In this document: positions 20,256 to 29,900 of the stretch, in pieces | Numbering within the stretch: position 1 is the first letter of the stretch | How the letters are laid out: each line of letters begins with the position of its first letter | IMG/VR virus record: IMGVR_UViG_2636415832_000004 | Coordinates: 3,796-67,795 of that record | DNA: 64,000 nucleotides | Origin: a virus | Lineage: Duplodnaviria; Caudoviricetes | Reading direction: 5' to 3' (one strand) | The notes under the pieces: generated by a model | Database searches by the model: none | Told to the model about the DNA's origin: nothing | Seen by the model: only the letters and a program-made list of their open reading frames with translations | Program-made: the position numbers and the translations under genes

Positions 20256-21195
20256 TTAGCTTCAAATCCATCCTGTGATCGCTCTCTTTAAAAATGTGTT
20301 TTACCGTTTCCACCATCATGAAATTTGCTACAGAAAGATCACCAACATACAATTGTACGGCCACTTGGCTCCCACCACGGACAATGGGATTACCAAAAAC
20401 ATTTTTAATATGAAGTTTTCTGGATTTACGGTTATAAAGCTTTAACATACCGTCCGCTTTAGCTTTACCATTGTCTTTTTCACCTAATTTTTCAGTAAGC
20501 TGCAAGACACCCCACTCATTGATTTTGCTACCATCTTGAGCAATATAAATTTCACGTTTACCTTTCTTTTTATCTTCACGTATCAGTTTAATTTTGTTAT
20601 ACGTATTTTCATCAATGGACGTTGTGTATTCAAAGGATTCACCTGACTCCGCATCAATTAACAAATCTGTTTTAAGCGTTCTGGCTTCTCGCAAATTTAA
20701 AGCGCCAAAGTCATCATAGAGCACAAATAAACTCTTCGTATGCAAAGTCGTTTCTGCCAAAGCATTGTCCATAATCGTGAACAGTTCTTGATCATCCTCC
20801 ACCCTTGATGGCATGACATGTTTTGTATTATCTACGGTCCCTGTCTTTAACCTGAAATCTTTTGCGATCATTTGAAGCACCTGAGTAGCCGTTTTATTGG
20901 CATAAACATAGGTGTCTTTATTTTTAAAGTAGCGGAGCTGGTCATAACAAGTAACTGTAATGATGCGGTTATTTGTACGCTTCTTGGTAAAGACAAACCC
21001 ATAAAAAATCTTATGACCATCATATTCAAAACGAACTGCAGCACCTTCGTGGAAGTTCAACACTTCGTCTTTTATCACACTAAATGTTAGCTTACCTGGT
21101 GTGCCTTTACGGTGAACTTCCCACTCTATACCTTCCTCCACTGCACATTCATACATTTGTCCACGGCTCATAATATATAGCTTTGATTTAACCAA
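20233..21195 (-). CDS. XkdQ baseplate hub protein
   Basis: RKGTPGKLTF, YDQLRYFKNKDT; follows LysM gene. Confidence 0.85.
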   Translation of the reverse strand: MVKSKLYIMSRGQMYECAVEEGIEWEVHRKGTPGKLTFSVIKDEVLNFHEGAAVRFEYDGHKIFYGFVFTKKRTNNRIITVTCYDQLRYFKNKDTYVYANKTATQVLQMIAKDFRLKTGTVDNTKHVMPSRVEDDQELFTIMDNALAETTLHTKSLFVLYDDFGALNLREARTLKTDLLIDAESGESFEYTTSIDENTYNKIKLIREDKKKGKREIYIAQDGSKINEWGVLQLTEKLGEKDNGKAKADGMLKLYNRKSRKLHIKNVFGNPIVRGGSQVAVQLYVGDLSVANFMMVETVKHIFKESDHRMDLKLIGGDFIA

Positions 21196-21865
21196 GTTTA
21201 ATCACCTGCCCCGCTTTTATGATATTGGGATTGCTAATGTTATTAAGCTTGGCAAGCTCTGTATATTTAGAGCCATCACCTAAATACTTTTTAGCAATTG
21301 CCCAGAGTGTTTCGCCTGATTGCACTGTATGCGTTTTAGGCGTTTCTTTCCCTGTTGTTGGTCGCTTCTGTTCTACCACTGCTTTAGATGCAGTCTTTGT
21401 TGCATTGGCTGCACTAGTTGTAGATGCTTTTAAATTAATTTTTTTATTACCATACGGCCGATATTGTTTCAATGTAATTCGTACATTAACGTCAAAACCA
21501 TTGTCTGCAGACTCCAAAATTTCATAATCTTCTATCGTCACCGTCATATTGGTGTCAAAAAGAAGATTTCCGTTCGGCATCATACGATTCACAATGAATT
21601 GAAATGGCTTGTCATCAATCTTTAACTTCTCTAGTTTTTCAAGATAATAAGTAGCTGGCTGAAATCCATTCGGGTAAACAGAAAACGGATAGTTGACGTT
21701 TGGGAGCAATACCTCAAACTCAATATCCGTTAGTCCTGGTTTCTTAATAATGTTGACTTCGCCTTCGTTCATCAAAACGATGGTGTCATTTCTTCCATTG
21801 ATGCGTGTACTTAACTCAGCAGGCGCAACAGGAAGCTGTACACCATCGACAAAAAAGTTATACAT
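21188..21865 (-). CDS. XkdP LysM-domain tail protein
   Basis: HTVQSGETLWAIAKKYLGDG LysM. Confidence 0.9.
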   Translation of the reverse strand: MYNFFVDGVQLPVAPAELSTRINGRNDTIVLMNEGEVNIIKKPGLTDIEFEVLLPNVNYPFSVYPNGFQPATYYLEKLEKLKIDDKPFQFIVNRMMPNGNLLFDTNMTVTIEDYEILESADNGFDVNVRITLKQYRPYGNKKINLKASTTSAANATKTASKAVVEQKRPTTGKETPKTHTVQSGETLWAIAKKYLGDGSKYTELAKLNNISNPNIIKAGQVIKLG

Positions 21866-24071
21866 GTTCTGTTGGCCCCCCTTCTGCTAACATTTCGGCT
21901 GCTGCTTCCGCTTTTTCAGCAAAGCGATCGATAATGCCATCAATGTCCATTTCATTATTGATATGGTTTTCACTACGAGCATCGATGTTAATTTCAGCCG
22001 TTGTATAACGATTAATAGCTTCTCGCTCTGCGATGTCGCGTAGGTATTTTAAATCCTCATTCAGCATCTTGATTCCGTCTGCTGCCTTTTTGGTGTTTCC
22101 AGCAGTTTTCTTGCCATCATCATTGCCCGTGTCAAGCTTGTCACTAATACCATCACCCATTGCGAGTGCGTCGTTAATGGATTTCATTAGGGCGTCTGTG
22201 TTACCTGTATTTGCTTTTGGCACCGAAAAATCAGTTACTCTTTCTCCCCAATCGTATCCTTTGCCGTATGCCTCCACAATATCAAACGTTTTAAGTTGCC
22301 AATCTTCTGCTACCATTCGTTCAACTTTATGCTTATTTATCCCTAACTTTTCATCTGTCCATGCTTGTAAGTTTTCACGCCATTGCCCCCACGAATCTGC
22401 CATGTTAGTACCTAATACAAAATCCATAGCTTTAGCGATGCTTTGTAAAATACTTAAAGCGTTATCACCTAGTTGCGCAAACATACGACCAATAGCGCTT
22501 AAATCACCGCTAAATATATTAATCAAACCTTCTGCTACCGTTGCGGATACGTTATAAATATTCGTAAATACTTCGACTGCTATATTCCAGATATAAATAA
22601 ACGCATTAGCTACGGTAGCACCTAAAGCTAAAAACACACCCGCGACTACACCTGTTGCACTAATGGATTTGTTGGCAAAAAGGTTAATTGCTCCAACCGC
22701 TACATACAGTATCGTTATCAATGCCACAATCCCCATTACAACTAAAAAAACGGGATTGGCAGCTAATGCTGCATTTAGTCCCCATGCGGCGGCAACCATT
22801 GACCAAGTTGTACCTGTACCTAAACCCGTCACCATAGCGTACCCCCACAAAGCCGTTGTAGTAATTGCAGCCCATGCCGATACCGCCATTTTAGCAACCA
22901 CAACAGCTCCTAGAGCACCAACATATCCCATTACAGCAGTAGTTGCTGCTCCAACAATCGGCGCTATGGCTGACCAATTATCGTAAATTAGCGAACCTAA
23001 ATTAATTATCATTACTAGAGTTTGTTCTACTGCACCTGCTACTACATAAAGCGCTTGCGTTGCACTCGTTGCAAACTGTTTAAATCGGTCACTGTTAGCA
23101 ATATCATTGATTTTTTGTAGTACAGGTCCAAATGCATGTAATGCTTCATTTTGGAAAACAATCCACATCTGCCCCCATGTTACAGGCATGCTGTCAAATT
23201 TAGCATTAATTTCATCTGTTGCCGCAAACATTGCATTTTTAACTATTTCTGCGGTAATTGCTCCATCTGAAGCCAACTCGCGAATTGCGCCAATCGGCTC
23301 CCCCATATAATCTGCGATTGTCGCAATTAAATTTGGCGCTTGCTCAAAAATCGAATTAAGCTCATCACCGCGCAAAACCCCACTTGCCAATGCTTGTGAC
23401 AATTGGAGAGTTGCATTACTAGCCTCAGTCGCATTTGCTCCTGCAATGCCGAACTGCTTTTGTACGAGTTCCGTAAATGCTACTACCTCCCCCATACTCC
23501 CAAATGCATCACGTGCATTTGTACCAATACGGGCTACCATATTTGCGGTATCCTTATACGATGAAAAAGACCGTTGAGCAGCATCATGAATCATCTGTTG
23601 AGCAAGGTCTATTTCACTCATGTCCCCTAGCCCAAAATCCACTTCAGAGACTTGGTCTGGCAGAACTGGCATATCATCTACCAGCAATTGCACACGTGCT
23701 TTCAAATCGGTCATTTCATCTGACAACTGTATAACCTTGCCTAAACCTTGCAACGACAGATATGCACCAATTAAAGTCATTACTTTGCCAATTAATCCAT
23801 CCATAGCACTTGTACCATCACGTATCCTATTATTAAATCGTTCTTGCTCATTTTCAGCATCCCTAATTTCGCTTTCGATTCGATTAAACATTTCGTCGAC
23901 TCTAGCCAACTCTCGTTGCGCTTGTTGCAACCTGGAAATATCCACGACTTCACCACTTGCGTTTTGAAGATTTTCAAATCCACTAATTGTTAATTGCAAT
24001 GCGCTGTTAATCGAGCGGAAAATAGGGCTTAAATTGTCTGTCATATTAATAGCTGTACGTATTGTTGCCAT
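21858..24071 (-). CDS. Tape measure protein
   Basis: LQLSQALASGVLRGDELNSIFEQAP; GAGGTGAAG RBS before MATIR. Confidence 0.92.
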   Translation of the reverse strand: MATIRTAINMTDNLSPIFRSINSALQLTISGFENLQNASGEVVDISRLQQAQRELARVDEMFNRIESEIRDAENEQERFNNRIRDGTSAMDGLIGKVMTLIGAYLSLQGLGKVIQLSDEMTDLKARVQLLVDDMPVLPDQVSEVDFGLGDMSEIDLAQQMIHDAAQRSFSSYKDTANMVARIGTNARDAFGSMGEVVAFTELVQKQFGIAGANATEASNATLQLSQALASGVLRGDELNSIFEQAPNLIATIADYMGEPIGAIRELASDGAITAEIVKNAMFAATDEINAKFDSMPVTWGQMWIVFQNEALHAFGPVLQKINDIANSDRFKQFATSATQALYVVAGAVEQTLVMIINLGSLIYDNWSAIAPIVGAATTAVMGYVGALGAVVVAKMAVSAWAAITTTALWGYAMVTGLGTGTTWSMVAAAWGLNAALAANPVFLVVMGIVALITILYVAVGAINLFANKSISATGVVAGVFLALGATVANAFIYIWNIAVEVFTNIYNVSATVAEGLINIFSGDLSAIGRMFAQLGDNALSILQSIAKAMDFVLGTNMADSWGQWRENLQAWTDEKLGINKHKVERMVAEDWQLKTFDIVEAYGKGYDWGERVTDFSVPKANTGNTDALMKSINDALAMGDGISDKLDTGNDDGKKTAGNTKKAADGIKMLNEDLKYLRDIAEREAINRYTTAEINIDARSENHINNEMDIDGIIDRFAEKAEAAAEMLAEGGPTEHV

Positions 24072-24134
24072 TTCTTCACCTCTTTTTTCCCTAATAAAAA
24101 GCACCCAAATATGGATGCTTAATATAATGAATAT

Positions 24135-24740
24135 TTATCTAATTATTTGTTCATACATTTTCCCTTTTACAGTAATTATAGCTTTCAATGGTTTACCATC
24201 TTGCTCGACTTGTTCTGGTACAGAAGCTAAAAAATGTAGTGTGCCAATTTTCAGAGGCTCGATTGATGTGATATTTGTATAAGTAAAATCTGCTCCACCC
24301 TGATCTTCTATTGTGGAGAAAGTTTGATATTCGTATTTTTCATCATAGATAATTTTTACATCTACAAATTCATCAGATGATTGGCCCGATGTTAGTAAAC
24401 TTTTGATGGCGATAATGGTATCTAAGTAAACTTCCCCCGCCTCTTCATTTTTGTAATATGTATACATAGAACTCGGATTTGGTGGTGTAATTTGTTTACC
24501 GAAAACATTGTTGTTAATTGTGATTTCTGCGTAATCATCAATTACTAATGCCTCGCCTTTAACAATTGTCAGAACCTCCTTTACCTCAGGCTCAGTTTCT
24601 TTTTCAGTTGACTTAACTTCTTCTTCTGCACCTTCTCCAACAGATTCTTTTGGAGAGCTATTTGAATTGTTGCTCTTATCACTTTGACCACAAGCAACCA
24701 AAAAAATAGACACCAATAATAATAATCCTAGCTTTTTCAT
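24135..24740 (-). CDS. Lipoprotein moron
   Basis: MKKLGLLLL...LVAC lipobox. Confidence 0.75.
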   Translation of the reverse strand: MKKLGLLLLVSIFLVACGQSDKSNNSNSSPKESVGEGAEEEVKSTEKETEPEVKEVLTIVKGEALVIDDYAEITINNNVFGKQITPPNPSSMYTYYKNEEAGEVYLDTIIAIKSLLTSGQSSDEFVDVKIIYDEKYEYQTFSTIEDQGGADFTYTNITSIEPLKIGTLHFLASVPEQVEQDGKPLKAIITVKGKMYEQIIR

Positions 24741-24753
24741 GGAAATCCTCCTT

Positions 24754-25371
24754 TTAATTGCCTTCATTTAGATCATCTGGATAAACAACTGTATCTATTA
24801 CTTCTCCATTTGTTTCATCTTTAAAAAATACTGTAATTTTAAGTTGTTCAGAGTCTACTCCATTAAACATTTGATAATACATACCTACAATTGCAATTCC
24901 CATAGATGCCATAGTATCAAAACTATTTTCGAACTTTTCCTTATCTACAGCTAGTGTGAACTCCGTAAAAGATTTATTGTAAGTTACATCTTTTATAGAA
25001 GCAAAATCTTCACTCTTTTTAATATTTTCTACCGCTTCTAAAATACCATTTTCCATTTCTTTCAGCATTTCTTTATGAACAGATTTAGGCATTTTATATG
25101 TTATAGATCCATCATCATTCTTGATGGCTTCCTTGATTCCTTCTTTTTTCGCTTCAGTAATCACTGTATCAATGTCCTGACCTTCAAAAAACGAAGCAGG
25201 TAGTGTAACTTCTACATTTAAAAGTCCTTTATCAACTTTTACATCTGGAGATGATTCCTCTGTCGTGTCTTTAGTATTATCTGTTTCCTTGCCACCATCA
25301 TTTTCTTGATTACATGCTATTAAGAAAATGCTTAGTAGCAATATTGATGGTATAAAAAATATTTTCTTCAT
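24754..25371 (-). CDS. Lipoprotein moron
   Basis: LIAC lipobox. Confidence 0.75.
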   Translation of the reverse strand: MKKIFFIPSILLLSIFLIACNQENDGGKETDNTKDTTEESSPDVKVDKGLLNVEVTLPASFFEGQDIDTVITEAKKEGIKEAIKNDDGSITYKMPKSVHKEMLKEMENGILEAVENIKKSEDFASIKDVTYNKSFTEFTLAVDKEKFENSFDTMASMGIAIVGMYYQMFNGVDSEQLKITVFFKDETNGEVIDTVVYPDDLNEGN

Positions 25372-25498
25372 TATTGAATCTCCTCCTCTCCTTAAATATA
25401 CATGGATAATAGAGGAAATTCTATTATTATTTTCACATTTCTACATTTTTCTCACCCCTTTCAATGAAAAAACACCCTCCTAAGAGAGTGTTTCCTCA

Positions 25499-25985
25499 AT
25501 TTACATTCCACATAGTTAATTGAAAACTGATCATCCACTAGGGCGCGCTGATCGCTCTCCTCATTTACATTCCACATAGTTAATTGAAAACAGAAGGAAA
25601 AGTTTACGACATAAATTGTGCTCGCGAATTTACATTCCACATAGTTAATTGAAAACGACCAATTATCATAAATAAATGCTCCCACTATCATAAATTTACA
25701 TTCCACATAGTTAATAGAAAACCTCTTGCAAACTAAAATGCTCCTCGTAATATACTTTATTTACATTCCACATAGTTAATAGAAAACTGTGTGCCAAATG
25801 TATAGAGGACACCATAATCGCCTGTATTTACATTCTACATAGTTAATAGAAAACACAGGCTATGATTGGGGTAATAACTTATTTAATCCAGAATTTACAT
25901 TCCACATAGTTAATAGAAAACCGGAGTCGTTTTTCATTAAAATTTTTAAATTTATTATTTACATTCCACATAGTTAATAGAAAAC
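25499..25985 (-). CRISPR. CRISPR array 1, type I-B-like repeat, 8 repeats / 7 spacers
   Basis: 29-bp repeat GTTTTC(T/A)ATTAACTATGTGGAATGTAAAT (minus strand), spacers 35-38 bp, terminator-like hairpin at 25467-25495, leader to the right; no cas genes in window. Confidence 0.97.
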
Positions 25986-26195
25986 CCACCTCCATCATAA
26001 CTAAAAAAGTCTGTTCTCTCAAGGTTTGACGGAGGGGTATGATTCTATTATTTCGTGATTTTGCAGTCAACCTTCTATATAAAAAAATAGAGTTGTACTA
26101 AAAAGTAGGCTTATCCCTTATGGCACAAGTCTTTAGCACATTTGCTCCATAAAATGATCCACTGCATCTTTATGTTCGCTGGTGGTTCGCACTTA

Positions 26196-26457
26196 TTAAT
26201 TACAAGTGACTGTATCTAATTCCAATTTGCGTTTTTCTAACTCGTAAAACATTATAGAGACCAATGTACTGTTACCCAAATTATTAACTAGCGCTCCTTT
26301 CAAAGCTAAATAAAAGAAATGTATATCTTTTTCTTTCATCTCACCAACAGCATTTTGCCACCAAGTTGCAATATCGTTAGACACAGGAGAGCTTATATTG
26401 CAAGATTTCGAAAATGTAATCATTGCTTGCATACGTCGTGCATCAGCTACTAACATG
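26196..26457 (-). CDS. Hypothetical protein next to CRISPR leader
   Basis: GGGGG RBS before MLVADARR. Confidence 0.5.
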
Positions 26458-26622
26458 GTTAATCCCCCTATTGGGAGTAACATCCACTTCAAATTGTAAC
26501 AAATTTATGCTATAATACATTTTGATAATTGACTTGAGTGGATGTCACTCAAATTTGTATCACGATCTAAGTTGGCGCTTAGATTGTGATTTTTTTATTT
26601 ACTCGAAACATTTATGACACCC

Positions 26623-27351
26623 TCATTTAACAAGTTTTAATTGTGCCTGGCGATTATACTGCTCTATTTCTAACTGCATTGATGTCGATGGTTGCCACAT
26701 AGAGATAAATTTCAGAGCTTCCTCGTAATTAATTTTCGGTAACTCGCTATAACGTGGAATGCAAAAATATCTTTTAAACTCGCTCCATAGAGCACTAAAC
26801 ACTTTGCGACTAATTTTTTCATAAGCAGGTGATTCTTTTCCGCCTAAAGCTTGTATTACTCTATAAGTACCCTGTTGCTGAATATTTTGCTGCTCTACCC
26901 CATCAATTCGCATTTGACTAACCACTTTATCTAACTTACTTTCAATCTTATCAACACGTTCACTAGTTTCGATTGATAATTTCAAATGTTCACGTCTTTG
27001 CTGTTCAACAGTTAAGATTGGTTGTGGCTCAATAATCTTGTAATACTCGTCCACTAGCATTTCGTAAGCATCCCAAGCTTTGTCTGTATTAAGTGATTTA
27101 GCGTGTAACCATGCCCCTTTTTCAGTCCAAAGATAGAGAGCGCTGATGTTTGATGGCAATTCGTAAATTTTACGAAACGTTCTAAGTTCTTCACCTTTCA
27201 AACAAAAATAATGCTTTTCTGCTACATAGCGCTCTTTATTATTAGTAAAATTTTTTGAAATAGATTTTGAATCTGTTCCATAACTTTCAGCAATTTGTGC
27301 CGTTCTTAATACTCGGTTATTTCTATACGTAATTACTTGTAATTGATTCAT
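26623..27351 (-). CDS. Antirepressor-like protein (ORF6N + ORF6C domains)
   Basis: RVL.T.QIAE.YG, YLWTEKGA..HAKSLNTD.AW; C-terminus similar to 57313-58017. Confidence 0.85.
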   Translation of the reverse strand: MNQLQVITYRNNRVLRTAQIAESYGTDSKSISKNFTNNKERYVAEKHYFCLKGEELRTFRKIYELPSNISALYLWTEKGAWLHAKSLNTDKAWDAYEMLVDEYYKIIEPQPILTVEQQRREHLKLSIETSERVDKIESKLDKVVSQMRIDGVEQQNIQQQGTYRVIQALGGKESPAYEKISRKVFSALWSEFKRYFCIPRYSELPKINYEEALKFISMWQPSTSMQLEIEQYNRQAQLKLVK

Positions 27352-27370
27352 TTACACTACCTCCTTAATA

Positions 27371-27583
27371 TTAGAAAATTTCTTCAACTATTGTTCCGTA
27401 ATAACTAGCGATTCTCTTGGCTAACTTTAAAGATGGCGTTCTATCCCCTCTTTCAATTGCTCCTAGCATTTGAGGTGTAATATTTAAGTCAGTAGCTACT
27501 TCTGATCTCGCTTTATCACCTCTGAGATTTATCAAAACCTTCCTTTCCTTCAAAACTACATTCAAGTTACTACCTCCCTTCAA
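27371..27583 (-). CDS. Cro-like XRE HTH
   Basis: IERGDRTPSLKLA. Confidence 0.8.
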   Translation of the reverse strand: MKGGSNLNVVLKERKVLINLRGDKARSEVATDLNITPQMLGAIERGDRTPSLKLAKRIASYYGTIVEEIF

Positions 27584-27693
27584 GAAACATTAAGTTTCTA
27601 TAAATTAATATTAATAGAAACATTATGTTTCTGTCAATGGTTTTGGAAACTTTTTGTTTCCATCTGGGTTTTTAATAGAAACAATAGGTTGCA
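27583..27693. promoter_or_regulatory. Four GAAAC-N5-GTT(T/G)C operators
   Basis: Palindromes at 27583, 27616, 27645, 27677 between divergent HTH genes. Confidence 0.75.
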
Positions 27694-27726
27694 ACTTATA
27701 TAATTATTTGTAAGAGGTGAAACCAA

Positions 27727-28086
27727 ATGTTTGCACAAAATTTAGCTAAACTACGAAAAGAAAGAAATCTTAGTCAGTATACACTGGCTGAATTAATGAA
27801 TTTATCACGGGGTCAAATAGCCAATTATGAGCAGGGATCACGCGAACCCGACTTCGATACATTAGAAAAATTTGCTGATTTCTTTGGAGTCAGTACCGAT
27901 TACCTGCTTGGCCGTACAGAAAAACAAAATCTTACAATCGAAGAACAAGATGAAGCAGCTTTTCAAGCATTTGCAAACAATCCTACCTTGCAAAAATGGT
28001 ACAAAGAATTGCCTGAATCGAAAGAAGAAGATTTAGAGAAACTGCGGAAGATGTGGGAAATTTTAAAGAATACTGGTGAACTATGA
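27727..28086 (+). CDS. XRE repressor (second switch)
   Basis: HTH_3 pattern; C-terminus nearly identical to CI 60591-60986. Confidence 0.88.
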   Translation: MFAQNLAKLRKERNLSQYTLAELMNLSRGQIANYEQGSREPDFDTLEKFADFFGVSTDYLLGRTEKQNLTIEEQDEAAFQAFANNPTLQKWYKELPESKEEDLEKLRKMWEILKNTGEL

Positions 28087-28240
28087 TACCTGCCCTCGTT
28101 CAATAATTTCTAATATTATTAAGATTAGCACCATAGGATTGATTTTATATAGGATATTTTTATAATAAACAGTTGTGGGAAATTTATCAAGTTTTTCCAC
28201 CGCTCTTTATAGCTATATTTAGACCCAATTTTATTTCCAA

Positions 28241-28281
28241 TGCAAAAACACTCTCACTTTTGTTATGAGAGTGTTTTTGCA
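28241..28281. terminator. 16-bp perfect inverted repeat
   Basis: TGCAAAAACACTCTCA...TGAGAGTGTTTTTGCA at the distal end of the mini-array. Confidence 0.7.
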
Positions 28282-28368
28282 TTTACATATTCCACTTAGT
28301 TAATAGAAAGAAAAACATATTTATTAAGATTTGAACCATATTTACATTCCACTTTGTTTATAGAAAAC
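28281..28368 (-). CRISPR. Mini-array: two degenerate I-B-like repeats, one 29-nt spacer
   Basis: Repeats 28281-28310 and 28340-28368. Confidence 0.75.
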
Positions 28369-28519
28369 AGGAAACTTAAAACCTTGTTTTACGGGTTCAA
28401 TATTACTGATATTATACATGAGCAATTCCCCTAACCGCAATCTAACTGTCCTAAATTCTTCGAAATCATTCCTACTATTTTTACTACTAATTGTTCTCTA
28501 TCCCACACTACTATGCAAA

Positions 28520-28614
28520 ATTTACATTCCACGTAGTTAATAGAAAACGCGTCTTTTATAAAAAGTTACCGACATACAATCCACAATTTACATTCCACAT
28601 AGTTAATAGAAAAC
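28520..28614 (-). CRISPR. I-B-like repeat-spacer-repeat unit
   Basis: Repeats 28520-28548 and 28586-28614, 37-bp spacer. Confidence 0.9.
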
Positions 28615-28628
28615 CCTCCTTAATCAGG

Positions 28629-29062
28629 ATTTCAATCCACACACCCTATAAAGGAGGTGACGTAACTTTTACTAGGTTTAGTTTATCAATTAGATATTTC
28701 AATCCACACCTCCAATGAAGGAGGTGACTGACAGGTCATATGGCAGATCGTTTCGATGTTGGATTTCAATCCACACCTCCAATGAAGGAGGTGACGTAAT
28801 ATTTCCCCTGACTCCTTTGCTCCGGACGATTTCAATCCACACACCCATACAGGGTGTGACCTGTTGCTCCTTCACGATCTGCTGCAACTCTTCTCATTTC
28901 AATCCACACACCCATACAGGGTGTGACGATTAAAAGGCGTAGGCGTGGATTTAGAGGTATATATTTCAATCCACACACCCATACAGGGTGTGACGATTAA
29001 AAGGCGTAGGCGTGGATTTAGAGGTATATATTTCAATCCACACACCCCAAAAGGGGTGTGAC
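28629..29062 (-). CRISPR. CRISPR array, type I-C-like repeat, 7 repeats / 6 spacers
   Basis: 32-33 bp hairpin repeats GTCAC...GTGTGGATTGAAAT, spacers 33-35 bp. Confidence 0.95.
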
Positions 29063-29445
29063 TACGAAAAATCAACAATTTTAGTTACAAATAATTGATC
29101 TTTACTATTTAAAAAAAGTAGTTACTACCTTTATATCATAACTTCTCACAAATACATATATTTAGTGCCTAAAAAACACCACAAAACCCCGATCACTCGG
29201 TAATCTTGTGGTGCTTCCGCATTTAAGAAGTAATGTAATTACCTCTAAGAATACACCATCAAGTAGATTGACGCAATTGTTTATTAGAATATTTTTTGAA
29301 AATTCAATTTTCTATTTCATATCCCCATCCCTCACCGCTTCCTGCCCTTCTTAGCTTCTCACCAAGCCTCATACACCCTCAAAACATTACTAAAGGCATT
29401 CCCCTTTTTCTGTCGAATATTGACAGTAGAAAGGAGGTGATACAT

Positions 29446-29670
29446 ATGGCTTGGAATGTAGAAATCAAATTAAGAGAATCTCGTGATGTTTTAATACAAG
29501 ATTTAAAAAGCATAAATACTCAAAGTAGTTCTGATAGTTCAATTACTTCACTTACCGATTTCGAAAAATTTCACCTAATTCAAAATCAACGACTATCTTT
29601 CTTGAGTGAAAATCAAATTTTTTCAATTGACTCATCTGATATTCTCTCTGTTTTATTTCGTAAAGTTTAA
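29446..29670 (+). CDS. Small moron, hypothetical
   Basis: AAAGGAGGTG RBS before MAWNVEIK. Confidence 0.6.
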   Translation: MAWNVEIKLRESRDVLIQDLKSINTQSSSDSSITSLTDFEKFHLIQNQRLSFLSENQIFSIDSSDILSVLFRKV

Positions 29671-29885
29671 TTTAGGGTAATATCTACCTCAAACACTCGG
29701 TCACTTCCGCATGTCGGAATTAGTGTCTTGTGAATATTACTGATTTTTTCAAGTACACTTTCTAATTCATTTAAATTTGAAAGATTGAGTGATAATTTGA
29801 TTTTCATTAGATTACCCTGAGAACGCTCTGCCAACAGGTGAACTTGTTGGTGGAGTTCTTCATTCGTTTGTTTTTTAGTCTCCAT
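29667..29885 (-). CDS. Hypothetical protein
   Basis: GGGAGGG RBS, 72 aa. Confidence 0.5.
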   Translation of the reverse strand: METKKQTNEELHQQVHLLAERSQGNLMKIKLSLNLSNLNELESVLEKISNIHKTLIPTCGSDRVFEVDITLN

Positions 29886-29900
29886 CTAGTTCTTCCCTCC

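Noticed and set aside
25461-26070. ORFs 25461-25706 and 25879-26070 (also 28491-28933)
   Set aside because: They are translations of CRISPR repeats and spacers
27611-27682. TTAATAGAAAC in operators resembles the I-B repeat end TTAATAGAAAAC
   Set aside because: Short and AT-rich; explained by the operator palindrome
28796-28828. Spacer translating VRSKGVRGNIT, like sheath YKGVRGNGIT
   Set aside because: Needs a gap, nucleotide identity is low and other frames read equally well
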